Source: a plasmid
Sequence record: CP033547.1
Length of the DNA: 64,000 nucleotides
Strand: one strand, 5' to 3'
Shown here: one piece after another, positions 10,125 through 23,478 of the stretch
Layout: every line of letters starts with the position of its first letter
Position numbering within the stretch: the first letter of the stretch is position 1
The notes under the pieces: generated by a model
Seen by the model: only the letters and a program-made list of their open reading frames with translations
What the model was told of the DNA's origin: nothing
The model's database searches: none
Position numbers and translations under genes: made by a program

Positions 10125-11111
10125 TTACTTCTTGTATTTAGGAGCATAACCAACTTCTAACAAATAAGAAAAATACTTTCTAACATTATCGCTATCAAGA
10201 AGATCACTTGATATCCTTTCCTGAAAGTCTTCTAGAGTCTCTCCACGATGTGCGAAATCATTACCAAATTTTGGATAGTTAGTAATATCACATAGCTTTT
10301 TAGCAAAGAATATACATTGCTTAGCTGTCAATTTATAAGTTGGCTCTAAAGGAGCACTTGTACTCGTTTTATTTTGTTCTTTTTCTTCAAACATGAAATG
10401 TAATTCTGAAATATTTCTTCCCTCCTTTTTTTTTTGTATATAAGAAACAGTAATATCCGTAAATTTGTTAATTTGATTTAAAGCTACGGTAAGAACCCTT
10501 TTTTAAAGTCTCCCATCTTTTTATATTCATCTTCTATCAATCCGAGTTTTGATCTAAGCTCATCTATAGAAATATATAACTTACCAGTTGATCTCCAACG
10601 TATGAGTAACTCATACAGGCGAATAGCATAAATGCTTGTAAGTGGTGAGATTTGTTTAAGTTCATATCTTGTGAACTTTTCTTCAAGTTTTACAAATAAG
10701 GGGATAATATCTGGTGCAAAAATTAGTTGGACGCATCCCTCTTCCTTAACATAACCAACTTTTGAAACCCACCTACTTTTTGTATATTCCTATTTTTCCA
10801 GTTATAGGATCTACTGCTTTATAATTCAAATGCCGTTCAAAAAGATTATCACATGCAGATTGTAACGCTTCATAAGATGCTTGACGTCCTAAATTAAACT
10901 GTTTCATGTATTCAGAAGCATGAATCGTAAGTATAGTATCAGAAGTAAGTTCTTTCTCAATTTCTCGAGCAGCAATGATCGCAATTAATATTAGCCTTTG
11001 CTCAGATAGATTTAGTGAATACGATGCTTCAACCAAATTATTATCTTTATATACTATGTTACTCATAGGAAGATATATTAAGGAAAATGTTATAAATAGA
11101 TATATTGACAA
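10125..11111 (-). CDS. rep: Rep_3-family plasmid replication initiator (RepAci-like), frameshifted
   Basis: N-terminal NNLVEASYSLNLSEQRLILIAI motif. C-terminal ORF at 10125..10394. A T10 run at 10426-10435 sits at a frame break. Confidence 0.7.
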
Positions 11112-11145
11112 TACTACTTAACGTCCACAAATGAAAGTATTTTTA

Positions 11146-11275
11146 ATAAAAGAATTTGTCAACTTATGCACAGAATTTGTCAACTTAGAAACAGGAAAAA
11201 GTCAACTTATTGGTAGGAATATGTCAACTCAGAAACAGGAAAAAGTCAACTTATTGGTAGGAATTTGTCAACATA
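11146..11275. promoter_or_regulatory. Iteron region / oriV upstream of rep
   Basis: Direct repeats GAATTTGTCAACTTA x2 and a 41-bp repeat AGAAACAGGAAAAAGTCAACTTATTGGTAGGAAT(A/T)TGTCAAC x2, followed by an AT-rich tract. Confidence 0.7.
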
Positions 11276-11469
11276 TACTTCCTGTATCCCTTTGCTAGTC
11301 AAGCTTTGAGCAGAGATATAAATAATAAATTTAAATAAATATATATAAATTCAAAAAGACCATTCTTTTGTGGATAACTTTTTTTTAATTTTTTTTTTCA
11401 TGATAGTTGATTACTTCATAAATCACCGTTAAATTATACACAAACAAACTTACGTAACTTACATAAATT

Positions 11470-12052
11470 ATGATTATCTTAGTTGGTGGTGAAAAAGGCG
11501 GTGCTGGTAAAAGCTGTTTAGCTCAAAATCTTGCAGTTTACTTACAACAAAGTCAAAGAGACGTCCTCTTATTAGATGCTGACCCTCAAGGAACAACAAC
11601 AGATTGGGTCAAAGAAAGAGATGAAAACGATGAATTAAATAATATTCCATCAGTACAAGCATCAGGGAATATACGTTCAGTTTTAAAAGATTTAGATAAA
11701 AGATACCAAGATATTATCATTGATGCAGGTGGACAGGATTCTGGAAGCATTACGTTCAGCAATGACTATAGCTACACATATGTTATTGCCGTTTAGACCC
11801 AAACGAAGAGATCTAAAAACTTTAGATCATATGGAACAAGTTTTAAAATTAGCAAAGACAGTAAATCCAAATCTGAAAGCTAGAGCAATTATTACTCAGT
11901 GTCCAACTCTTCCTTCTCAAGTTCAAAGAATTTTAGATGCAAAAGAGGCATGCAAATCATTTGGTATTGATGCATTGAATTCAATCACAACAAATCGAAA
12001 TGTTTATGATGATGCAGATGAAAATGGGCTTTCGGTTTTTGGAAGTAAATAG
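11470..12052 (+). CDS. parA: ParA-family partition ATPase, frameshifted near 11750
   Basis: Walker A GGEKGGAGKS. The C-terminal half continues in ORF 11720..12052. Confidence 0.7.
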
Positions 12053-12165
12053 TGATCCTAAAGCGAAAGCTGAAATTGAAAGTATTGCAAGAGAGTTTTT
12101 AGGAGTATAACTATGGCTGGTTTAACTGGGCTAAACAAAAACCTGAACCTACTGAACAAGATAAA

Positions 12166-12399
12166 ATGTTAGATGCATTTATATCTGGTGCAGAAAAGAG
12201 GGTAAAGGCTTTAGAATCAAGTGAAAAAAAATTTATTCGTTACACTTTTTCTCTCAATGAAGATATTAGTAAACTAATTGATGAGCTGGTTGTAAAAGGG
12301 CAAAATGCAAGAATAAATCGTTCAAGTATTGTTCGAGCAGCTATAGAAAATTTATCGACATATAGTGCAGATGAATTAAAAGAAATATTAAATAAATAA
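12166..12399 (+). CDS. Small partition protein (ParG / ribbon-helix-helix-like) downstream of parA
   Basis: 77-aa ORF in parG position, followed by a terminator. Confidence 0.4.
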   Translation: MLDAFISGAEKRVKALESSEKKFIRYTFSLNEDISKLIDELVVKGQNARINRSSIVRAAIENLSTYSADELKEILNK

Positions 12400-12403
12400 A
12401 TTA

Positions 12404-12436
12404 AAAATATCCCACTTTTTTAAGGGGGATATTTTT
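12404..12436 (+). terminator. Rho-independent terminator (aaaatatccc...ggggatatttttt)
   Basis: Inverted repeat plus a T tract. Confidence 0.55.
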
Positions 12437-12644
12437 TATCCAAGCTAAATTTACTGTAAGTCCCCGGTGAACCCTATAGATATTTTTTAAATTCAGCTCA
12501 GGCTCTAGCAGTGTGGTGGTAATTTATCTATTTGAGTTATTTTATATGAAGGCGTCCTTTTCTGCACAGACACGGATCTAGGCTATTCAGCTTGGCTGAC
12601 TGAATTGATGTCATGATGTTTGATGCACATTGTCAAATTCTTTA

Positions 12645-12830
12645 TCAAGCGAAACTCTGAATCAATGCTTGTAATTGTTTCACTATGATGAGTTTGAGTC
12701 CAGTGAAATGTTGCTTGTTCCAACCGTAGAGCTTTTGAATACCCAGTCCATCATATATCAACACTTTCATACAATGACCACGCTTATTCCAAAACAAGAT
12801 AACCTCAATGTTGCGATTTGACATGGTCAA
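12645..12830 (-). pseudogene. IS66-family TnpB-like fragment
   Basis: The VLIYDGLGIQKLYGWNKQHF region resembles the IS66 orf2 KILYWDxNGFCLWxKRLE motif. Confidence 0.25.
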
Positions 12831-13006
12831 AGGCTTTTAGGACATGAGAAAGAGCAGTATAAGTAACTGCTCGCATATCCATGGGCTGAGTAGAAAGCCA
12901 GATTTCATCAATGTGAATCTTATTGTGAGCACCTTGGGGAATTCTGCCAAAGCGATTGCTCCTGATACCTTCCGTTTCAGCCCAATCGCTATGTTCGCAT
13001 CAGGCG

Positions 13007-13350
13007 TCGTTATTGATTATGCCTTATACGGAACTCCAGAATTAGCCCTCGTTGCGAACAACAAAGCAGAAATCCTGCAGTTCCGCGGACGCTGATAAGT
13101 AGACAGATTCCTGACACGGAATACTATAACTTACATCACTTAAATAGGATGCATAAGTTATGCAAGTTACGCCACTTAAATAAGTTAAGGCGCTAAAGCG
13201 ATAAAAGCTACATGATGGCCAGTACTGAGCACTGGCGATCTAAGTCAATGCTGCAGTTCTCATCATCATTGGAATAAGTGGACAAATTCCTGACATGGAA
13301 ATTGCAGCGAGATTGGCTAAAGTTACTGCGCTGATTATCAGCCGAGATAA
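13007..13350. repeat. Single inverted copy of the 344-bp unit, exactly one unit long
   Basis: Reverse complement of the array unit. Differs by a 1-bp indel (aaagcagaaatcc versus aaagccagaaatcc). Confidence 0.85.
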
Positions 13351-13606
13351 AGTAATGTGAACGGGTAGTATTGCTGTAATGGATGGATTAAACGTTGCAG
13401 GGTAAGGCAATGTAATAAATGTGGGCTTTGGTGGTGCAGAGCTTGTTCTCCATCCAAAAGGCGAATATATCTACATACGGGATTTGAATTTAGTACTTAC
13501 TGCAAAGCTACTGGAAGCGAGGGATGTGTTGGGTGCTTTATCGGATGGTTACCTTTAATCCTTCATAAATGAGTGTACTAGTGAACAATACCACTTTATA
13601 GCAGTT

Positions 13607-13660
13607 AAACTTATTAAACTTATTAAACTTATTAAACTTATTAAACTTATTAAACTTAAA
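13607..13660. repeat. Short tandem repeat (TTAAACTTA)x6
   Basis: Direct reading of the sequence. Confidence 0.8.
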
Positions 13661-13866
13661 TTGCTTAGGTGGTCTAACTAAAATTTTGTAGCAGAGTGAT
13701 CTAATAATAAATGTATTAATAGACCATACCCTAAAGTTACAATCTGAAAGTTCATGAAATTATGTATCATTTAAATGATTTTTAATCATAAGTAACATGT
13801 AACTTTAGTGTTAAAGAATTATAATTTACGAAATTGTTCATTTTTATCCAATTGGGGCGTGAAAAA

Positions 13867-14438
13867 GTGAAAGGCCAAAAAGTAGGGTATGTCCGGGTAA
13901 GTTCTGTCGAGCAAAACACTGGACGTCAACTTGAAGGAATTGAGGTCGACCGGATTTTTGTTGACCGTGCTTCCAGGTAAAAATACTGACCGACCTAAAT
14001 TTCAGGAAATGTTGAACTATGTCCGGGAAGGGGACAGGGTGATTGTACATTCAATGGATCGTTTTGCGCGAAGCCTAAAAGATTTGGTCACTGGAAGTAG
14101 ATAAACTGGTCAAACGAGGGATCGCCATCCAGTTTGTAAAAGAAAATATTACTTTTACAGCCGAATCCACCCCGATGGATAATTTGATGCTTCAAATGAT
14201 GGGTGCTTTTGCACAGTTCGAACGTGAGATCATTTTAGAGCGGCAAAAGGAAGGAATAAAACTCGCCTCTGCTCAGGGGAAGTACAAAGGTCGGGTGCAT
14301 AAACTAAAGCCTGACCAAGCTGGAAGCTTTACGACAAGCATGGAAGGAGGGGAAGTATCCATCGAAAATGGCATTAGGGAAAGCTTTTGGGATTAGTCGT
14401 CAGGCGGTATACCGATATTTACAAGTTAGTGAATAGCT
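13867..14438 (+). pseudogene. Serine recombinase / resolvase with multiple frameshifts
   Basis: Reconstructed translation VKGQKVGYVRVSSVEQNTGRQLEG...MDRFARS...QFEREIILERQKEG... with a C-terminal HTH. Broken into three or more frames. Confidence 0.6.
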
Positions 14439-14550
14439 TATTGGGATTAGCAAATCTTTTATGACTTTTACATATATTCTTATTAAAGGAAAACTATTTT
14501 TAATCTTTTAAAATAGTTATAAGATAAACAAAATTTGTTGATTTTATAAC

Positions 14551-15355
14551 ATGAAAATATCATTACTGATCTCATCACTTCCCAGTCAAAGCACAACCGC
14601 AAGAATGCGAATTTGGCGTTCATTAAAGTCAAATGGTGCAGCAACTTTAAGAGATGGTGTTTACCTCTTACCCGAAGCACATTCTGAAAAATTTGAGTCT
14701 GTTGTTCATGATCATCTTAATGAACATGGGCATGCCTATATCTTTCAGACTGAACCTCCTGCACATTTAGACCTTGCTCAACTTTTCGACAGAACTGGAG
14801 AATATGAAGAACTGAGAACTGAAATTTCACAAATACAAAATACGCTTGAGGAAAATAAGAAAAAGAACATCTCAAACAGATTCGAAAATTAAGAAAAACC
14901 TCAATTCACTGATAGAAATAGATTTTTTCCCAAATACTCATCAAAGCAAAACACTGAATGAACTCACCCGATTAGAACAAGTTATTGCCCGGTTAGGTGA
15001 ATACGATGAACCCAATAATTTTGAACAGCAATTAAAAGTCCTATGCAAGCAAGATTTTCAAAATAAAATCTGGGCAACCAGAAAGCGTCCTTGGGTTGAC
15101 CGTTTGGCATCGGCATGGATCATTCAGAAATTTGTAGACCCTCAGGCAAAATTTATTTGGTTAGAGCATCCCAATGATTGCCCCAAAGATACCTTAGGTT
15201 TTGATTTTGATGATGCCCAATTTACCCATATCAATCATCTAGTCACTTTTGAAGTGTTAATGCATAGCTTTGAATTACAAAACCCTGCTTTAAATAAAAT
15301 CGCTGAAATTGTTCATTTTTTAGATGTTGGGGAAATGAGCCTGCCGAAGCCTTAG
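14551..15355 (+). CDS. chrB: ChrB chromate resistance regulator, frameshifted (14551..14892 and 14846..15355)
   Basis: The WATRKRPWVDRLASAWIIQKFVDP motif is characteristic of ChrB. Confidence 0.6.
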
Positions 15356-15470
15356 GCATTGAAAAAATCTTGCAAGGCTTAAGAAGCACGATCACAGATG
15401 ATGATCAATTACTCCATCTTTCAAACCATATTTTTGATGGCTTATATGCAGACTTTCAAAGGAATTTAAC

Positions 15471-16807
15471 ATGAATAATAAGCCATCTTTAATAGATGAA
15501 ACAGAAATTGAATCTATCAGCTTTTGGCAAGCATTCAAATTTTGGTTAAAACTGGGATTCATTAGCTTTGGTGGTCCTGCCGGGCAAATCGCTGTTATGC
15601 ACCAAGAGTTAGTTGAAGAAAAAAAATGGATTTCAGAACAGCGTTTTATGCACGCATTGAATTATTGCATGCTCTTACCCGGCCCCGAAGCTCAACAACT
15701 TGCAACTTATATTGGCTGGTTAATGCATAAAACCAAAGGTGGCATCGTTGCAGGGGTTTTATTTATTCTACCTTCTCTTTTTATCCTCATTGGGCTGTCT
15801 TGGGTCTATGTGAAATATGGCAACGTCCCGATCATTGCCGGTTTGTTTTATGGCATTAAGCCCGCAGTTGCCGCAATTGTATTTCATGCCACGTATCGTA
15901 TTGGCAGTCGTTCATTAAAGAATAAATTTCTATGGGCGATTGCAGTTATCGCTTTTCTTGCAATATTTATTTTTAATATTCCTTTCCCTTTAATCGTTTT
16001 ATGTGCAGCGATATCGGGTTATTTGGTCGGTAAAAGTATCCTGATTTATTTAAGCTAAATGCACATCAGTCCAGTCAAAAATCCTATGGACGTGCAATTA
16101 TTGATGATGATACCCCTACACCTGAACATGCTGTTTTTAAATGGTCTCATCTGATCAAAATAACTGTAATTTCAGCACTTTTATGGGCAATTCCACTCAT
16201 CTCTTTAACAGCAGTTTTGGGATGGAGTCATTCTTATACTCAACTGGCTTGGTTCTTTACTAAAGCTGCACTTCTGACATTTGGTGGTGCTTATGCTGTT
16301 CTGCCTTACGTTTATCAAGGCGCTGTCGGTTTTTATCACTGGCTCACCCCAACTCAAATGATCGATGGTTTAGCCCTAGGTGAAAGTACTCCCGGCCCAT
16401 TGATCATGGTGGTGGCTTTTGTCGGCTTCTTAGCAGCTTATAACCATTCGCTGTTGGGTGCTGAATATCAATTTATTGCAGGTGCATTAGGTGCAATCAT
16501 CGTCACGTGGTTTACTTTTATTTTCTCATTTTTCTTTATCTTAGCCGGAGCACCTGTTATAGAGTCCACACACAATCAAATTAAATTTACTGCCCCTTTA
16601 ACCGCCATTACCGCTGCCGTGGTGGGCGTAATTTTAAATTTGGCACTCTTTTTATGTTACCACGTGCTTTGGCCACAGGGTTTTGAAGGGAATTTTGATT
16701 ATATCTCTGCCATTATTGCAATTTTAGCTGTAGTCGCATTATTTAAATTTAATCAAAGTGTGCTCAGAGTCATCATCGGTTCTGCTTTTAGTGGGTTTAA
16801 CGATTAA
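15471..16807 (+). CDS. chrA: ChrA chromate efflux transporter, with a frameshift around 16040-16080
   Basis: Two CHR-family halves (FGGPAGQIAVMHQELVEEKKW; TFGGAYAVLPYVYQG). The linker is readable in a third frame. Confidence 0.7.
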
Positions 16808-16929
16808 AATTTTACTATAAAGAATGAACACTAGAGGTATGGATAAAAAATCTATGCTTCTTTTGACACGATTCAAGGTATCTTCTTTCATATAAAAAAT
16901 TAAAGAATATTCCACTAAATCACTCACCA

Positions 16930-16957
16930 TTTAACATAATGGTGGTTATGCGAAGTC
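16930..16957. other. pdif-like XerD/XerC site (ATTTAACATAA-tggtgg-TTATGCGAAGT)
   Basis: 11-6-11 architecture matching the Acinetobacter plasmid pdif consensus. Confidence 0.55.
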
Positions 16958-17016
16958 GACTTGTAATGCAATTTGCATTACAATATTCCTAGTACATTAA
17001 ATACTTGGGAAATATG

Positions 17017-17265
17017 ATGGCTACTGTTAACTTCCAGGATCGATGAAGCCCTTAAAGAAAAATCTTATTCAATCCTTAAAGAGCAAGGTATTGCACCTAC
17101 TGATTTCTTCACTAGTATTCTTGAGTATGTTGCTACGACTGGGAAACTGCCTGTCAAAAAGCTTTGCTTTCGGAAGAAGATGAAGAATTATTAGCTCTTG
17201 TCCGTAAGCGCATTAATGATCCTAAAGAGATGTTTGAGGAAGTCACATTAGATGACTTATAAGCT
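17017..17265 (+). CDS. relB: RelB/DinJ-family antitoxin, frameshifted twice (one break at an A5 run)
   Basis: Reconstructed MATVNF..IDEALKEKSYSILKEQGIAPTDFFTSILEYVATTGKLPVKK..ALLSEEDEELLALVRKRINDPKEMFEEVTLDDL. Overlaps relE. Confidence 0.55.
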
Positions 17266-17545
17266 TTTACGTCACAAGGACTTTACAGCAGAATGGGAAA
17301 AACTCCCTGTTGCTATACGAGATCAATTTAAAAAGAAACTAGCCAAAGTCATAGAGCAGCCACATATTCCAAAGAATATGCTTAGAGGCGATCTTGCAGG
17401 TTGCTATAAAATCAAATTATTAAAAGCTGGTGTCCGACTTGTCTATCAAGTTAAAGATGATCAGGTAGTTATCCTGCTCATTACCGTCGGAAAACGAGCT
17501 GATAGCATAGTTTATGACGAAGCGAAAAAGCGAATTAAAGACTAA
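17252..17545 (+). CDS. relE: RelE/ParE-family toxin
   Basis: 97-aa RelE-like protein (KIKLLKAGVRLVYQVKDDQVVILLITVGKR). Confidence 0.7.
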   Translation: MTYKLLRHKDFTAEWEKLPVAIRDQFKKKLAKVIEQPHIPKNMLRGDLAGCYKIKLLKAGVRLVYQVKDDQVVILLITVGKRADSIVYDEAKKRIKD

Positions 17546-17572
17546 AAATGGGAGCTTATAGCTCCCATTTTT
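17546..17572 (+). terminator. Hairpin AAATGGGAGCTTATAGCTCCCATTTTT
   Basis: The same hairpin recurs at 24280, 25646 and 26871. Confidence 0.55.
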
Positions 17573-17704
17573 GTGTAGAGGCAGCAAGATTATGCTGTTT
17601 TGATCAGAACTCAGTTAACCATCCCGGGATTCTGCTCTGGCCCATTCAGCGCAGTTTTTTACTTTGGATGAAGTTAACCCATGTTATATTGCACAAGATA
17701 AAAA

Positions 17705-18524
17705 GGCACTGTTGCAAAGTTAGCGATGAGGCAGCCTTTTGTCTTATTCAAAGGCCTTACATTTCAAAAACTCTGCTTACCAGGCGCATTTCGCCCAGGG
17801 GATCACCATAATAAAATGCTGAGGCCTGGCCTTTGCGTAGTGCACGCATCACCTCAATACCTTTGATGGTGGCGTAAGCCGTCTTCATGGATTTAAATCC
17901 CAGCGTGGCGTTGATTATCCGTTTCAGTTTGCCATGATCGCATTCAATCACGTTGTTCCGGTACTTAATCTGTCGGTGTTCAACGTCAGACGGGCACCGG
18001 CCTTCGCGTTTGAGCAGAGCAAGCGCGCGACCATAGGCGGGCGCTTTATCCGTGTTGATGAATCGTGGGATCTGCCACTTCTTCACGTTGTTGAGGATTT
18101 TACCCAGAAACCGGTATGCAGCTTTGCTGTTACGACGGGAGGAGAGATAAAAATCGACAGTGCGGCCCCGGCTGTCGACGGCCCGGTACAGATACGCCCA
18201 GCGGCCATTGACCTTCACGTAGGTTTCATCCATGTGCCACGGGCAAAGATCGGAAGGGTTACGCCAGTACCAGCGCAGCCGTTTTTCCATTTCAGGCGCA
18301 TAACGCTGAACCCAGCGGTAAATCGTGGAGTGATCGACATTCACTCCGCGTTCAGCCAGCATCTCCTGCAGCTCACGGTAACTGATGCCGTATTTGCAGT
18401 ACCAGCGTACGGCCCACAGAATGATGTCACGCTGAAAATGCCGGCCTTTGAATGGGTTCATGTGCAGCTCCATCAGCAAAAGGGGATGATAAGTTTATCA
18501 CCACCGACTATTTGCAACAGTGCC
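17705..18524 (-). mobile_element. IS26, 820 bp, intact
   Basis: IRs at 17705-17718 and 18511-18524. Tnp26 is intact (ORF 17757..18479). Confidence 0.92.
17757..18461 (-). CDS. tnp26: IS26 transposase Tnp26
   Basis: Recognised protein sequence, 234 aa from MNPFKGRHF. Confidence 0.9.
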   Translation of the reverse strand: MNPFKGRHFQRDIILWAVRWYCKYGISYRELQEMLAERGVNVDHSTIYRWVQRYAPEMEKRLRWYWRNPSDLCPWHMDETYVKVNGRWAYLYRAVDSRGRTVDFYLSSRRNSKAAYRFLGKILNNVKKWQIPRFINTDKAPAYGRALALLKREGRCPSDVEHRQIKYRNNVIECDHGKLKRIINATLGFKSMKTAYATIKGIEVMRALRKGQASAFYYGDPLGEMRLVSRVFEM

Positions 18525-19507
<983 letters not shown>

Positions 19508-19547
19508 TAAGAATTAGAAGTTTGAGGTTAATCTATTTTTGGTAGTG

Positions 19548-20339
19548 TTTCAAAAAGTATGCTGGAAGAAAAAAGCCGATTGGATTTTGATAAAATAGAG
19601 AAATGCAAATAACTCTAGCAATCAAATGTCCAACCTGCCTCAGTGATAGTATAAAGAAAAATGGTATCAAAGTAGATGGGAAACAAAACTATCAGTGCAA
19701 AGACTGTAAACGTCAGTTTATTGGTGATCATGCACTGAGCTATCTAGGATGTAAGTCAGGTATTACTCGTAAAATATTACAGTTGATGGTCAGAGGCAGC
19801 GGTATACGAGATATTGCTGAAGTTGAGCGCATCAGTATCGGTAAAGTTTTACGTACTTTAACTGAATCAACCTATGAAATTCAGCCTCAGCAAAGTCATT
19901 ATGAATCTCTCGAAGTAGATGAGTTCTGGAATTTTGTTGGAAATAAAAAGAATAAACAATGGCTTATTTACGCCTATCATCGAGAAACAGGTGAAATTGT
20001 TGCTTATGTTTGGGGTAAACGAGATTTAGCTACAGTCTAACAATTGAAGACAAAGCTTAAACAATTAGATATTCACTACACCCGAATTGCAAGTGATCAT
20101 TGGGACAGTTTCATCACTGCTTTTTAAAAAATGGTAAGCAAAGTATTGGTAAATTTTTTACTGTAGGTATTGAAGGCAATAATTGCAAAATAAGGCATAG
20201 AATTAGGCGTAGCTTCAGAAGAAGCTGTAATTTTTCAAAAAGCTTGAAAACCATTTTAAAGCTTTTGATTTAGCCTTCTTTTCTTTTACATCAATAATGG
20301 CTTCATTTAAAGGCAGCATACTTTTTGAAGCACCACCAA
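19548..20339 (+). mobile_element. ISAba3 (IS1 family), about 792 bp
   Basis: Terminal IRs GGTAGTGTTTCAAAAAGTATGCTG... / ...AAGGCAGCATACTTTTTGAAGCACCACC. Encodes an IS1-type transposase. Confidence 0.85.
19603..20040 (+). CDS. ISAba3 transposase (IS1 family; zinc-finger N-terminus)
   Basis: CPTC...CKDCKRQF zinc-finger motif. Confidence 0.8.
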   Translation: MQITLAIKCPTCLSDSIKKNGIKVDGKQNYQCKDCKRQFIGDHALSYLGCKSGITRKILQLMVRGSGIRDIAEVERISIGKVLRTLTESTYEIQPQQSHYESLEVDEFWNFVGNKKNKQWLIYAYHRETGEIVAYVWGKRDLATV

Positions 20340-20393
20340 AATTTTATGTTAAGTAGAGACTAAAAATGCCCTTGATTAAGGGCTTACAAGGGC

Positions 20394-21878
20394 TGTTATT
20401 CCCAAGTAGAAATGTCCTACCTAATAACCAAATAGAAATGTCCTATATGGACATTTCCAAGTCAAGCACAGGATTTAGATTTCGTTGTTCAATCGCTGTT
20501 TTCTGTGCTTGTCTACGTGGCATCTTTTGAGAACGATTGCGTTTGTTTTGGTGTTCCAGTTGTTCATGCTGTTGTTGAATATGTGCCAGCACAGAACCCA
20601 AACGTTTATTCTCAACGATCTCTCGCTGGTTGAGCTGACTTAATTTATCAAAGATGCTGTAATTGATTTTTCTTCCCTGATATTCAATGGCTACAGTACC
20701 ATCCGGATATTCCAAGGAACTCAAGATACTTGCCGCCCAATCTTTGATTTTCTTCGCTGTTTTCCAAGATATATACGCATTTATCATAAGTAATCGTCAA
20801 GCTGTTCGTGACCCTGCGGGGTTCACGCCAGGTAAAAACATCATCTAATTCTTCGGCTGTTTCAGCGATAGGCCGATGTAGATCCTTGGAATTAAAAGCC
20901 ATCTTGGCGAATTTACGATTAAATTGCTCAATAAAAGCACGGCAGCCACTTATTGGCATCTGCAATTGAACTGATGCCTTCTAGACGCATCTCCTTAATC
21001 AGACGATCCTGAAGTGTTCTATTCGCTCGTTCTACACGACCTTTGGCTTGAGGGGAGTTAGCGAAAATGATATCGATATTGAGAGTGCTCAGAACACGTC
21101 CAAACTGGGTAATCTTGGTGTCTTTCTTGCTACTTTGATTCACCCTAAAAACTGAATGTTTGTCACTGTAAAATGCCAATGGCTTACCATGCTGTTCGAT
21201 ATATAAACGTGTCGAAATCATATAGTCAAAGGCTGACTCTGACGCACAGAAGCGTAAATGCTGCAATTTTCCTGTGGCATCATCGATGAATACTAGCAGA
21301 CAGCATTTAGGTGCTCGACCTTCAAACCAATCATGGTGTGAGCCATCAATTTGGATCAATTCACCATAACAATCTCGGTTATAACGAGGCTGATATGGTC
21401 GTTTCAGGCGCTTGCAGCGAGGGATCCATAAATCGGCTGCAATCATCCAAGGAACGCAGGGTTTCTACTGAAAGATCGAATCCATGCACGGTGGTGAGCT
21501 TTTCATGCGCTAAAGTGGGTCCGAAACCATAAAGTTGATCTGAAACAATATTGAGACACTTAAGTCTGAGTTCTTCAGGAAGTTTAGAATTGCTGATTTG
21601 GCCACGACCGGCATGGGCTAATGCAGCGGGACCTTGAGCTTTGTATTTCTGCAGTAAGCGTCTGATGTGACGTTCTGAGATATGAAGTAGCTGAGCAGCC
21701 TGGGATTGAGTTATACGTTGATCACAGATTTCTTGCAAGACCGACAATCGTTTAAGTTCTTTATCCGACATAGACACCAACATATCAAACCGTCCGCTAA
21801 GGAAATTGCAAAAGCGCATATTCTAAAAGCGGACATTTTTACTTTGGAGAAACCGGACATTTCTATTTTGGGCTTACA
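20394..21878 (-). mobile_element. IS1202-group (ISNCY, ISAjo2-like) IS, 1485 bp, inserted 5 bp from the XerC arm of a pdif site
   Basis: Imperfect IRs TGTAAGCCCAAAATAGAAATGTCC / TGTTATTCCCAAGTAGAAATGTCC. The transposase is split over four ORFs (20443..21819). Confidence 0.8.
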
Positions 21879-21883
21879 AGGGC

Positions 21884-21911
21884 ATTTTGTATAAGGTGTA
21901 TTATGTTAATT
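21884..21911. other. pdif site XerC/XerD (ATTTTGTATAA-ggtgta-TTATGTTAATT)
   Basis: 11-6-11 architecture. Bounds the OXA-58 module. Confidence 0.65.
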
Positions 21912-21973
21912 TTAGAATTTCTTCATTAGATAATTTTTGATAAGCTAAATCCATTAGGACTAATTAAGTAAAT

Positions 21974-22790
21974 ATGAGCAATTGGGTCAATGTCACACAG
22001 GATAAGTCTACAGGTATAGAACTAATTCATGCCCACTTCAAAGGCTTTGCATACGATCCTCATCTACACTCAAGTTATCTTATAGGGGTAACAGAGTTAG
22101 GACATCAACAATTCAATTGTAGAAAAAAAAAATTATTGATAGCTATCAAGGTCAAACTTTCATGCTTGAACCTGAAGAAGTTCATGATGGTAATGCACCA
22201 GATCCTCTCGGCTTCACTTATAAAATGATGCATTTAGATCCAGCATGGTTAAAAAAAAAGCTATGAAGGAATATTTAATGAGCCTATCGAACTTGCTATC
22301 GAATCAACCCTACGTTCTGATCCTCAACTTTCACATTTGATACTTTCAACCTACAATATATTGAATAACAATGAATCTCAATTGATGAAAGATACGTATT
22401 TAGATCTTTTATTAGAAAACTTAGTAAATAAAAAAATTTTATATAAACGTGAAAAGTCTATCCAGACATTACCTAATATTGCATTAAAGCTAAAAGAAAT
22501 TTTACATGAAAGTCTCTTTCATGATTTAGACTTACAAACACTCTCAACATTGGTGAAAACAGATCGTTTTTATATTAACCGTGTATTTAAAAAAACTTTA
22601 ACTGTTCTCCACATCAATATCTGATCCAACTCCGTTTAAATAAGGCAAAAGAATTGTTAAGAAAAGGATTATCAGCAACAACTGTTGCTTCATATCTTTG
22701 TTTTTCTGATCAAAGTCATCTAGGTCGATGGTTTAAACGTTGTTATGGCATAACATTGAATCAATATCAAAAGCGTGCACAAATGTTCTA
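21974..22790 (+). pseudogene. araC1: AraC-family regulator araC1 of the OXA-58 module, frameshifted at poly-A runs
   Basis: N-terminal cupin region and a C-terminal HTH (SDQSHLGRWFKRCYGIT) in different frames. A10 runs at about 22126 and 22250. Confidence 0.65.
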
Positions 22791-22842
22791 GATATATCTT
22801 GAAGATATTTATCAAACTAGCCAAATAGTTTATTAATTTTTG

Positions 22843-23456
22843 GATTTTATTTTGGAAACGATTTTAGCTTTTTGTGCCTTTTCTTTTGTTGCATCAATTA
22901 CTCCTGGACCAACCAATTTCCTTATTCTTAGTACAAGTCATCAATTCAGTATTAAAAAACATTAGGCTTAATCTTCGGTGGAAGTATTGGTGCTGCATCA
23001 TTAGTCTTAATTACAGGACTTGGAATTGGTACAACACTCAATGAATACCCCAAGATTCAATTAATATTAAGTTTCACTGGCGGCATTTGGTTAAGCTATA
23101 TTGGATGGAAAATTTTTAATTATAGACCTGATCTAGAATCTAAAATCCAAAATCAAAATAAGAAAAATGGTTTTTTTACAGGCTTCTTTTTACAGTTTAT
23201 CAACCCTAAAAGCTGGTTGATGGCTATTGCTGTTATTACTGTTTATACAGCACAACTAGCTAACTACTATCAGTCACTCATTCTATTTTCATTCATCTTT
23301 ATGCTGATTTCTCTACCTTGTTTATTTATTTGGGCTTATTTAGGAAAAATCACAAAAAAAATACTTTCTACAGCTCATCATATGGTGCTCTTTAATCGAG
23401 TATTAGGTACTGTTTTACTTATTTCAGTATGGTATCCAATATTGCATGCTATTTAA
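22843..23456 (+). pseudogene. lysE: LysE-family amino-acid exporter of the OXA-58 module, frameshifted
   Basis: PGPTNFLILS motif and the C-terminal ORF 23217..23456, in the expected position after araC1. Confidence 0.65.
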
Positions 23457-23478
23457 CATAATGGGCGTTATACGAAAT
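23451..23478. other. pdif site XerD/XerC (ATTTAACATAA-tgggcg-TTATACGAAAT)
   Basis: Direct reading of the sequence. Confidence 0.7.

Noticed and set aside
13844-14050. ORF 13844..14050 on the minus strand
   Set aside because: It lies antisense to the frameshifted resolvase gene, whose plus-strand translation clearly matches serine recombinases.
21311-21532. Small antisense ORFs inside IS1202-group copies (21311..21532, 21706..21894, 30258..30479, 29875..30084, 37119..37322, 37621..37806, 30729..30983)
   Set aside because: They repeat in every IS copy, antisense to the transposase. No support as genes.
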